Positions 30,950 through 39,888 of a stretch of 64,000 nucleotides of DNA are shown here, piece after piece. The stretch spans positions 67,523 through 131,522 of the forward strand of contig CAVPHR010000006.1 in the NCBI GenBank assembly GCA_963704775.1, in the 5' to 3' direction. Every line of letters starts with the position of its first letter. Position 1 is the first letter of the stretch. The notes beneath the pieces were generated by a model that saw nothing but the letters and a program-made list of their open reading frames with translations, did not search any database and was not told the DNA's origin. The DNA comes from an uncultured Chloroflexia bacterium (GTDB lineage Bacteria; Chloroflexota; Limnocylindria; Limnocylindrales; CSP1-4). A program made the position numbers and the translations under genes.

Positions 30950-32352
30950 GAGGGAGCGGCAGGCGCCCTCGGCGGCCAGGTCCAGTCGACGTCGAGCGGC
31001 GCACCGGCGAGCGCGCGGCGGCGGCCCGCCTCGGTCGCGCCCGAGGACGAGGATCCGGTCGGTCTTGGTCGCCCGGCCCGCCTCGTCGCCCCACAGCTTG
31101 GTCATCTTGCGGCCGCGGCGACGTCGTCGAGGGCGACCCCGGCGAGCCGGTAGCCCTCGGGCTCGGCGGCGGCGCTCCCAGGTCCGCTCGGCGAGGCCGA
31201 CGCCGCCCCGGATGTCGCCGGCCGCGGTCGGTCTCGACGTCGCCGATGACCAGGACGACGACGGCGTCGTCGGCGAGGACCGGCCGGAGGCCGGCGAGGA
31301 CGTCGCGCAGGAACAGCGAGGTACGGCTCGCGGTGGTGGGCGTCGTCGAGCGTCGCGTCGATCGCGCGGGCGTCGAAGCCGAGGAACCACGTCCGCAGCC
31401 AGTTGTAGTAGCCGTACTTGACGACGCGCAGGTACGGCGGCGAGGTGACCACGAGCCGGGCCCGCTCGGGCCGGCCGCGCGCGCGCAGCGCCGCCCGGGC
31501 GCGCGGCGCGACGTCGCGCGCGTCGCCGAGCAGGGCGATCCCCTCGATCGACGGCGGCGGCTGGCGGAAGAGCCGGTCGAGCTTCTTGGCGAGGCCGTCG
31601 AAGACGTCGCGCTCCGGCGAGGCGAACGCGGTCCGGGCGGCGAAGTCGCGGACGTAGCGCGGCGCCATGCTGAACGTGTTCGGCATCAGCTCCGAGAGGT
31701 ACGATCGCGCTCTTGCCGTGGAGGATCCCGGTGATCGCGGCGGCCAGGAAGCGGTCGGTCCGGTCGTCGAGGCGGAGCGTCGGTCCGGACGAACAGCAGC
31801 TGGCCGAGCGTCCGCGGGTGGAACGCGAGCGCGACCTCGACCGGGACGGGCTCGACGCCGTCGGCGGCGAGCCGTGCCCGAGCCGGCGGCGGGCACGAGC
31901 GACGTCGCGGCGCCCGGGTCGCGTCGAGACGCGCTCGCCGAGGGCCAGCCAGCCGCGCGAGTCCGCGTTCCAGCCGAGCCGGAGCTGCGGCCAGGCGGGT
32001 CGCCGCCTGCGGCGCGCGTCGCCGGCTCGACCTTGGCCGCGGTCAGCAGGTGGGCGAACGGGTTGAGGTCGTTGCCGACGCCGATCCGGCCCTCGGCGCA
32101 GGCCTGGAGCGGCGTCGTGCCGCGGCCGGAGAACGGGTCGAGGACGACGTCACCGGGCCGCGAGTAGCGGGCGATGAAGGCGTGGGTCAGGGCCGCCGGG
32201 AAGCTCGCGAGGTACGAGCACATCGGGTGGAACGCGTGGCCCCACAGCCGCTGCTGGTCCTTCCACTCGGGCGCGAGGGCGATCGGCGGCAGCTCGAGCG
32301 GCAGCTCGAGGGCGAGCTGGCCGGCGGTGGCGCGCGTCGGGGGTCCCGACAT
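30947..32352 (-). CDS. orphan DNA (or nucleic-acid) methyltransferase with SPPY catalytic motif, frameshifted (at least 3)
   Basis: The N-terminus from ORF 31102..32352 reads WGHAFHPMCSYLASFPAALTHAFIARYSRPGDVVLDPFSGRGTTPLQA (an FxGxG SAM motif I). Later come LVVTSPPYLRVVKYGYYNWLRTWFLG (motif IV, SPPY) and ...KMTKLWGDEAGRATKTDRILVLG (frame 30947..31390). Motif I precedes motif IV, i.e. not the beta-class order. The 3' end is approximate. Confidence 0.7.
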
Positions 32353-32523
32353 CGGCGATATGCGACCTCATTGACCCTCGTCCCGGCGCGGATCGGGCGA
32401 TGGGGCGGGGAGCATAGCACGCCGGATTCGGCCGTCCGGAGCCGGCCGGCGGTTGAGCCGTGCAGCTCTGTTGATCGAGCGGCGGCCCCTTACGCGCTCA
32501 CGACGGCGTGCCTCGGCGCCGCC

Positions 32524-32985
32524 CTAGGAGCACTGGGTCAGCGCGGCCTTGAGTGCCGTCGCGGCCACTTCGACGCCTGCAGCGGCAGTTCGGACATCTG
32601 CCGCCTTCTCGGCGACACTTTCGTCGCTCGTCAGGTCGTTGAGCGCGGTCTTCAGCGTGCCGATCGCGGTCGTGAGTGCCTCGACCTGTGGGCCCGCGGC
32701 CTCCTTCGCCGAGGTCGCCAGCTTCGTCACGGCCGCGTCGACCTTGTCGATGGCCGCGGTGAGTCCGGCCTTGCCTGCCGTCTTCAGATCGAGAGCCTTG
32801 AGGTCCTCCAGCGACGACTTCACCGCTTCGGCGTCAGCGCACACTCCGGCGCCTGCTGCAGGCGCGGACGCAGCGGCTGACGGAACGGAGGTCGCCGCCG
32901 ACGGCGACGACCCGGTCGAGCTGCACGCTCCGAGAATCATGGCGACGCTCGCGACCGCCATCAACAGGAGAGCACGTTTCGTCAC
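32524..32985 (-). CDS. helical lipoprotein, function unknown
   Basis: Intact 153-aa ORF. MTKRALLLMAVASVAMILGACSS is a signal peptide plus lipobox. An Ala/Ser linker follows, then an amphipathic helical region (SSLEDLKALDLKTAGKAGLTAAIDKVDAAVTKLATSAKEA...) and a C-terminal Cys. Confidence 0.7.
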   Translation of the reverse strand: MTKRALLLMAVASVAMILGACSSTGSSPSAATSVPSAAASAPAAGAGVCADAEAVKSSLEDLKALDLKTAGKAGLTAAIDKVDAAVTKLATSAKEAAGPQVEALTTAIGTLKTALNDLTSDESVAEKAADVRTAAAGVEVAATALKAALTQCS

Positions 32986-33027
32986 CTTGATGTCCTCCTT
33001 CGCATGGGCGATCGACGGTCGAGGCGG

Positions 33028-33237
33028 CTAGAACCGGCGGCGGCGACCGGGCGTCACGGCTGCCCCGACGACGGCCGCCTTGGCGATGGGCGACGGGCCC
33101 GGTGACACGGCGGCCCCGACGACCGCCGCCTTGGCGACGGGCGAGCGGCCGGGCGAGACAGCCGCGCCGACGACTGCGGCCTTGGCGACGGGAGCACCGA
33201 TGACGCCGACTCCGCGGCGACGTGGTCCGAGCGGCAT
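33028..33237 (-). CDS. small Gly/Ala/Val-rich protein built of three 17-aa tandem repeats
   Basis: 69-aa ORF starting 1 nt after the upstream stop. The three repeats are PVAKAAVVGAAVSPGRS, PVAKAAVVGAAVSPGPS and PIAKAAVVGAAVTPGRR, flanked by Arg-rich ends. Confidence 0.55.
   Translation of the reverse strand: MPLGPRRRGVGVIGAPVAKAAVVGAAVSPGRSPVAKAAVVGAAVSPGPSPIAKAAVVGAAVTPGRRRRF
33040..33192 (-). repeat. 3 x 51-nt in-frame tandem repeat
   Basis: Coordinates were computed from the protein repeat boundaries (residues 16-66 of ORF 33028..33237). The three DNA units are near-identical when read on the plus strand. Confidence 0.8.
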
Positions 33238-33238
33238 G

Positions 33239-33697
33239 TCAGCCTCCTACTTCGACGAGCGCCTCGTCAGCCTCGACGGCGGCGATGATGGCCTGGATCG
33301 GGATCCGGCCGTTGGCGATCAGCTGCCCACCGGCACGGCGCATGGCCGAGGCGAATGGCGCGGCCCACAGGTTCTCGTAGACGAGGACGCCGGCGACGCT
33401 GCCGGGATCCATCGCGGCAGCGAGATGGTCGACGTCCAATTCGGCCAGAGTCTGCACCAGCTCGGCCTCGAGCCGGGCGAGCTCCCCGAGGTCGTCGAGA
33501 TCACCGAGCTCCTGGGCCATCACCGTGCCGTCCTCGCCCTTCTGCAGGATGAGCAGGTCCATGAGCCGGATGATCCCGGCGTCGTGCAGTCGCAGGAGCT
33601 CGACAGCGCCCTCGCCGGTGAAGTTCTGGGCCCCTGCCGGGAATTCCACGATCAGATAGTCGACGGGTCCGAGCTCGTCGAGCGATCGGTCAGCCAT
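33239..33697 (-). CDS. small acidic cytoplasmic protein (I tentatively recall this family as DUF6325)
   Basis: Intact 152-aa ORF: MADRSLDELGPVDYLIVEFPAGAQNFTGEGAVELLRLHDAGIIRLMDLLILQKGEDGTVMAQELGDLDD... The family name is from memory and not verified. Confidence 0.65.
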   Translation of the reverse strand: MADRSLDELGPVDYLIVEFPAGAQNFTGEGAVELLRLHDAGIIRLMDLLILQKGEDGTVMAQELGDLDDLGELARLEAELVQTLAELDVDHLAAAMDPGSVAGVLVYENLWAAPFASAMRRAGGQLIANGRIPIQAIIAAVEADEALVEVGG

Positions 33698-33889
33698 GAC
33701 TCCTCCACGTTCCAGAGCGCTCCGGCAGCAGCCAGCCGGAGTCGGTCGCGTGTCATCGGCGCGGCCGACTCACGTGCGCCTGCGTCGACGCTTGGCCGAA
33801 TCGGAGGTTACGTCTCGGGTCGGCGGTCGGCATCCACCGAATCGGGTGAGTCTGGCGGTGGGGTCTCTGGAATGGGCCTGGGTCCGTTC

Positions 33890-36800
33890 CTACTGGCAGG
33901 CGCGAGGGGCGTCGTCGTGGATGTACGGCCTGAGCTCTTCGATCGGCAGTGATGACTGAGCCAGTGGGCCTGAGCATGCCAGGCCCGCGAGCTCGGCGGA
34001 CGTCATCGTCTCCGCGTCGCCGTCCATCGCTCGCAGCCAGTCGGGGTCGACGAGATACGCGTCGCCCGAGAGATAGCGGACAGCGATGCGAGGGGCGCCG
34101 GGCACGAACCCTTCGCCACCAAGTCGGAGACCGAGGTCCACGAGCCGCATGGGCGCGCTCGCCGTGTCCCAGAGTTCGCTGCGCCCGTCACCGAGTGACA
34201 CCACCGCCAGGCTGGAATCCGGACTGAAATGCGCCTCGGTCACGGCCGCGTCGAACGTGGTCACCGTGCCATCGCCGAGGTGAACGAGCTCACCTGGAGC
34301 GGACCGCGATCGGACGATCGCCAGCCTGCCATCGGGGCTGTAGACGACGTCGTCGAGGACCGATATCGCAAGGCCGACGAGGCGCGTCCCGTCGGACATC
34401 CGCCGGACCTCGGCAGGATCGTCGCCATTGTCGACGACGAAGCCGTTCGCCTCCTCCGGCGAGTCCGGCCAGAAGATCCCGTCGCTCGCGACCCCCTGTG
34501 TGAACCGTTGGAGGTCGGTCGTGCCGAGCCGCTCGACAGAGGAAAGATCGGCGATCGGTCGCAGCTCGCGGTGCCCGTCTGGGTAAGTCGATAGCACGAA
34601 CGCCGAGTCCGGCGTCCCGCCGAAGCGCACGAGGTCGGGAAGCGGGGACGTCCCGGTCGAGGCCGGAACGTCAACGACCTCTGCCGTCGTTCGTCTGCGC
34701 AATTCGGAGTGGCCCGAACGCCGGATCGCGAAGTACCGCCCAGCCGAATCGCTGATGAACGTCCGGTCCGGGTAGAGGAGCGACTCATCCGACGTGGCGA
34801 TCGAGTGCCCGTCGCGCGTCGAGAAGAGCTCATCCCCGCCGTCGAGATACTGCACGAGGACCGGGCCGTCGCCCGGGCCATAGGTGGCCGTCCATACCTC
34901 CTTGTTCAGCGTGGCCACGACTTCGCCTGTGGCCGTGCGGATGATCTGGCTGATCGGCGTCCCGTCGAACCCGACCGTCAAGATCGAGCCGTCATCGCTG
35001 AACGCGGCCATTCCACCCTCACCGAACACACCCGCCAGCGTGGCGACGACCGATCCGTCGGCGGATCGCCGGAGCTCGCCCGGATCAGTCTGGTACCGGA
35101 CCACGAAGTAGCGCGACTCCGGGTCGGGGCTGAAATTGATGGAGTTGTCGCCGTCAAATCGCGCGAGCACGACGCCGTCGCTTGTCTGCCGGAGTTCGCT
35201 CCGGCGCTCGCCCTCTTCCCCATACGTGACGACGAACCTGTGTGAATTGAGATCGGGACTGAAGGTGACGCCCGTCGCGAGCCCGTCGAGGACGCGGATG
35301 ATCGATCCGTCGGATGTCCGCCGCAATTCGCTCGGAAGCGTGCCTGGCCCCCCGACGCCGCGGTTCACGACGAACGCTGCTTCACGCGGGTCCGAGCTCA
35401 CGTCCTCGAAGGACACGTTGCCGCCCAGGATCAGGCCGCCATCGGAAACCCGACGAAATTCGTTCCTGAAGTTGTCCACGGTGATGACGATGACTGTCGG
35501 CTGGCCCGGTTCACCCAAGAAGGCTGCGCCCACGGAACCCTCGAAGGTTGCGACCGCCACTCCATCGGTCACCCGTCGGAGCTCGCTTTGCCCATGGGAT
35601 CGACTGACGACGACCAACCCGCTGCCGGCCGCCGAGATCAGTTCGTCGGTGTCGGTGCCCAGGTAGGCGACACGGCCCTGTCCGGCGATGTCCGCAACGG
35701 TCGGAGCGAGGTCGATCGCGACGTCGGGATCCGTCACCTGCGCGAGCGCCTCCCCCTCGAGTGCCACCCGCAGGCCCAACAAGGGATCCGTCGCTGCCAG
35801 GTTCTGGCCGGTCGATACGAGCAAGCGAGCCTGGCCCCGTCGCTCCTCGGTGCCGACCCCCAGCCAATTCACCAGTGCCACGAGCGCGAAGCCGGCAACG
35901 AAGGCGAAGGCGGCAATGAAGCCCCCTCTCATGGCCCTCGAGCGACGTCGTTCGGCACGTTCTTCCGCATCCTTGGCCGCGATGCTGGCGTCGAGGAAAT
36001 CGCGTTCGAGTGCGTTGAGGTCGTCTCGGTTCTGCGCGGACCAGGTCACGGCCTCCGTCAGTCGAGTTCCCCCGTAGAAATAGCTCGGATCGCGATCCCG
36101 GGAGGACCACTCCTCGGCGGCCTCGGTCAGGCGGCGGTGGATCCGAAGGCCGGCAGGGTTCTCGTCGACCCAGCCCTGGAGACGAGGCCAGCCGCGGATC
36201 AGTGCCTCATGGGCGACGTCGACGATCTCGCCCGATGGATCATCGCGATCGGTGATGAGCAATCGCGCATCCGCGAGGCGCTGGATGACGGCCTCCGCGT
36301 CACTCGCGCCGTCGCCTGCCGGCAGCAACTCGGCGATCGAGGCGCGGCGCCGGGTGTCCTCGGTGCCTTCGCCGGGCTGTGTCAGGCGAAGCAGGATCCG
36401 CCGGGCCGCAACCTGCTGCGCCGGCGTGAAGCGTGCATATTCGGTCTCGGCCTGCTGGGCGATCGCGCCGCGAACCCCACCGATCTCCCGATACCGGTCA
36501 GTGGTGAGCCATCGGCCACGGCGACCCTCCCACAGCTGCAGCAAGCGTGTGCTGCAAGAGGGGCAGCATCCCGGGCTCGCTGCCGAGATCGGCGAGGATC
36601 GTCTCGACGAGGCCCTTCTCGTAGTTGAGGCCGACGCGTTCGGCTGGCTTGAGGATGGCGTCGTGCAGCTCGTTCGCATCGAGTGGCGTGACGAGGATGT
36701 CTCGCTCGGCCAGCCGGTCGGCGAGGTCGGGCAGCGCGGCCGCCTTGCCGAAGAAGTCGGCCCGCATCGTGACGACGACGACGGTCTGCCCACCGGCCAG

Positions 36801-37933
36801 TGACGAGGCGTAGAGGAGCCCCTCGCACGAACGCGGCCCGCTCCGCGTCGTCACGACACAGCGTGAAGATCTCCTCGAACTGGTCGATGACGATGACGAT
36901 CCGCGCGTCGGCCGGCGCCTTCCCGAGCGCGACCTGCGTGATGACGTGGAGCCCTCGCTCATCGGCCTTCAGCTGCGTGAGGACCGAATCCCGGGCCGTC
37001 AGCGGGTCGGAGTCGCCGGCTACCAGCGGAGCCAGGCGTGCCGCAAGGGATTCGAACGGATGGGGTCCGGGTCGAACGACGGCGATCGACCACGTCGCAC
37101 TGCCCGGGAGGGCGCCGGCGCGCAACTGCGGGATCAGCCCGGCCCGAACTGCCGAACGACTTGCCGCTTCCCGACGCGCCCATGACCGCGAGGAATCGAT
37201 CGGTTCGCAGTTGCTCGACGAGATGCTGGACGAGCGCCTCCCGTCCGAAGAAGAACTCGGCGTGGTCCTCGTCGAAGACTTCGAGACCGCGGAACGGGCA
37301 GACCGACGTGCCTTCCTCGAGTGCTTCGGCGGAGGCGTCCGAAGGCGCGACGCCGCGGATCCCGCTGACCAGTCGGTCGAAGGCGTCCTGATCGTCCAGG
37401 CCCGGGCGGAAGTCGACCCAGGTCAGCCGGGACAGGAACCGCGGCAGCCGCCCGCGTTCCGGAAGCTTGGCCCCCGGCAGGAGGACCGGGATCACCCGGA
37501 ATGTCTGCTCCGATGCACGGCGGCTCAACGCGGCGCGCATCTCCTCGTTCTCCCATGTGCCGAACCCGGCCGGGCCGAGAAAGACCGCGCACGTGGCGCT
37601 CGTATCGATCGCCTCCTCGAGCGCCTCCTGCCAGGGCGCGCCTGGGACGAGATGCCAGGCGTCGATGAACGGCCGGACACCGGCCTCGTCCTGGAGTCGC
37701 CGAGCGAGGTCGAGGACCGCAGGCTTGTCGGCGCTGTTGTGCGACAGGAATACGTCGTACTTGGCCGTCGCGGCGTCCACTCGCCCCTCGCCTTGCCAAA
37801 CTCGAGCTACTTGGATCGCGGTGCCGTGAATACTATCGACGGCCGTCACGGCAGCGTCGTATTCGGACCGACGAGGTCCGACGCGGCGATCGACCGTTCT
37901 CGATGGCGTAGATTCGGGGCGAAGATCAAGCAC
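33890..37933 (-). CDS. TIR domain - STAND (NACHT/nSTAND-like) P-loop NTPase - single TM helix - ~12 degenerate beta-propeller-like repeats; three 1-nt frameshifts
   Basis: Rebuilt from four fragments. 36959..37933 gives the TIR domain (KYDVFLSHNSADKPAVLDLARRLQ...GTWENEEM...RVIPVLLPG), CPFRGLEVFDEDHAEFFFGRE and Walker A GASGSGKS. 36382..37125 gives AVRAGLIPQL... and Walker B RIVIVIDQFEEIF. 36498..36962 gives LLYASSLAGGQTVVVVTMRADFFG...MLPLLQHTL. 33890..36793 gives LQLWEGRRGRW..., the TM GGFIAAFAFVAGFALVALVNWLGV, and repeats with SELRRVTDG / SELRRTSDG / GELRRSADG signatures. Indels lie near 37150, 36820 (a CCCC run) and 36540. The GTG at 37933 is only 8 nt from tRNA-Arg, so the true start may be the GTG at 37849. 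Confidence 0.8.
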
Positions 37934-37941
37934 CCGCCTTC

Positions 37942-38017
37942 GTCCCCGTAGCTCAGTGGACAGAGCAGCCGCCTTCTAAGCGGAAGGTCCCAGGTTCGAA
38001 TCCTGGCGGGGGCGCCA
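37942..38017 (+). tRNA. tRNA-Arg: tRNA-Arg (anticodon UCU)
   Basis: Acceptor GTCCCCG/CGGGGGC. D-arm GCTCAGTGGACAGAGC. Anticodon loop CTTCTAA (anticodon TCT). T-arm CCAGG-TTCGAAT-CCTGG. Discriminator G, and CCA is encoded (38015-38017). Confidence 0.9.
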
Positions 38018-38163
38018 ATCTCTACCGAAAGATGACCGAGCCTGACCGTCGGCCGAGGTAGGATTGGGCTCCGCACGCGGGAAGCCCATACGACCGCGAG
38101 TGGATCCCGATCCCTGATTTCGAGAGCGCGCCGCATCGACGCGCCGCCGAGGAGGCATCCCTT

Positions 38164-39817
38164 ATGACGACGCCGTCGGCCACGGACGAGCCAGCGATCC
38201 AACTCAGCGACCGGGCGCGCCTCGAGATCCTCGGCGCGATCCTCCTCGCGCTGTTCCTGTTCGCGCTCGACCAGACCGTGGTCGGCACGGCGCTGCCCGG
38301 TCATCGTCACCGACCTCAACGGGCAACGAGCTGTACACCTGGGTCGGTCACGATCTACCTGCTGACCGCGACGATCAGCGGCCCGATCTACGGCAAGCTG
38401 TCGGACCTCTTCGGGCGGCGCCCGATCATCATCTTCGCGGTCAGCCTGTTCCTGATCGCATCGGTCGTGTGCCGGCCTCAGCCAGGAGATGTGGCAGTTC
38501 ATCCTGTTCCGCGGGCTCCAGGGCCTCGGTGGCGGCGCCGTCTTCCCGGTCGCGCTCGCGGTGGTCGCCGACCTCTACACGCCGGCCGAGCGGGGCAAGT
38601 ACCTCGGCCTGTTCGGGGCGGTGTTCGGGCTGTCGTCGCTCGTCGGGCCGGCCATCGGCGGCATCATCACCGACAACTTCGGCTGGCACTGGATCTTCTT
38701 CGTCAACGTGCCGATCGGCCTCATCTCGCTGTTCATCCTGTGGCGGCTGCTGCCGGCCATCAAGCGGCCCGATGCGGCCGAAGCACATCGACTACGTCGG
38801 CGCTGCGCGTCTTCACCCTCGCGATCGCGCCCTTCCTCATCGGCCTCACGAACAAGGCAGGCCGGCGAATGGACCGATCCGAGCGGTCGGCGGCCTGATC
38901 CTCGTCGGGCTCGTCTTCGGCGCGCTGTTCGTGTGGATCGAATCGCGCGCCCCGGATCCGATCGTGCCGCTGTCCCTGTTCCGGATGCGGCACATTCACG
39001 ATCTCGGTGGCGGCGATGTTCCTGGCCGCGTTCGGGTTCTTCGGCGCGGTCATCTTCCTGCCGCGCTGGTTCCAGACGGTCGCCGGGGCCAGCGCGACCG
39101 AGTCCGGCTACAGCATCCTGCCGCTCCTCGTTCGGCCTGATCTTCAGCGCCATCGCATCCGGCCAGATCGTCGCGCGGACCGGCCGCTACAAGGTGCTGA
39201 TCCTCGGGTCGCTGCGTCCTGCTGGCCGTCGGGCTGTGTGCTGCTGACGCAACCTGCACGCGGACACGGATCGCCTCGTCCTGTCGCTCTGGATGCTCAT
39301 CACCGGGCTTGGGCATCGGACCGTCGTTCGCGGTCTTCACGCTGATCGTCCAGAACGCCGTGTCGCCGCGACCGGATCGGCGTGGCGACCAGCAGCCTGA
39401 CGTTCTTCCAGCAGATCGGCGGGACCGTCGGCCTGACGATCGCGGGCACGGTCTTCGCGAGCCGGCTGACGGAGGAGATCCCGACCCAGCTCCTGGCCGC
39501 GGGCGTTCCACAGCAGTTCGTCGACCAGTTCGCGGGCGGGCAACAGCGTCGACGTCACCGGGACCGGCGACCTCGGCGAGCGGATCCTCGCCGCCGTGCC
39601 CGCCGAGCCGCGCAGGCCGCCGTCGAGCCGCTTGATCCCCAGCATCGTGCACGGGATCTACGAGGCGTTCTCGCTCGCGGTCGCCTCGACGTTCTGGGTC
39701 GGCATCGTCGGCGCCATGATCGGCGGCGGTGGTGGTCCTGTTCCTTCGCGAAGAGCCGATGCGATCGACCTTCGAGTTCGAGGCCCCGGCGCCGGCGGCG
39801 GAAGGCTCACCCGGGTA
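38164..39817 (+). CDS. MFS transporter, DHA2/EmrB-like (14-TM type), heavily frameshifted (at least 8)
   Basis: The ATG at 38164 is preceded by GAGGAGG. Fragments lie across all three frames: LFALDQTVVGTALP, TIYLLTATISGPIYGKLSDLFGRRPIIIFAVSLFLIAS, MWQFILFRGLQGLGGGAVFPVALAVVADLYTPAERGKYLGLFGAVFGLSSLVGPAIGGII, AAMFLAAFGFFGAVIFLPRWFQTVAGASATESGY, ATSSLTFFQQIGGTVGLTIAGTVF. TAA at 39815-39817. Confidence 0.75.
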
Positions 39818-39888
39818 AGGGCCGGACACCTGAGATCGGGGCCCGCCTCGGCTCGCGGTGTCCCCAGGCTCGAAGGCGAAAGGACCAC

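Noticed and set aside
29951-31153. 400-aa ORF on the plus strand as one protein
   Set aside because: It is a mosaic. Only about 80 codons (DDLAGLGIGFSLFDMPALAVLAARIV...) look coding. The rest runs antisense through the 75-aa ORF and the methyltransferase gene.
24444-38017. Integrative element or prophage bounded by tRNA-Glu and tRNA-Arg
   Set aside because: I found no integrase, recombinase, phage structural gene or duplicated tRNA 3'-end (att) sequence. Most genes between the tRNAs are ordinary metabolic or envelope genes. Only the 30-38 kb part looks accessory, and the evidence there is compositional.
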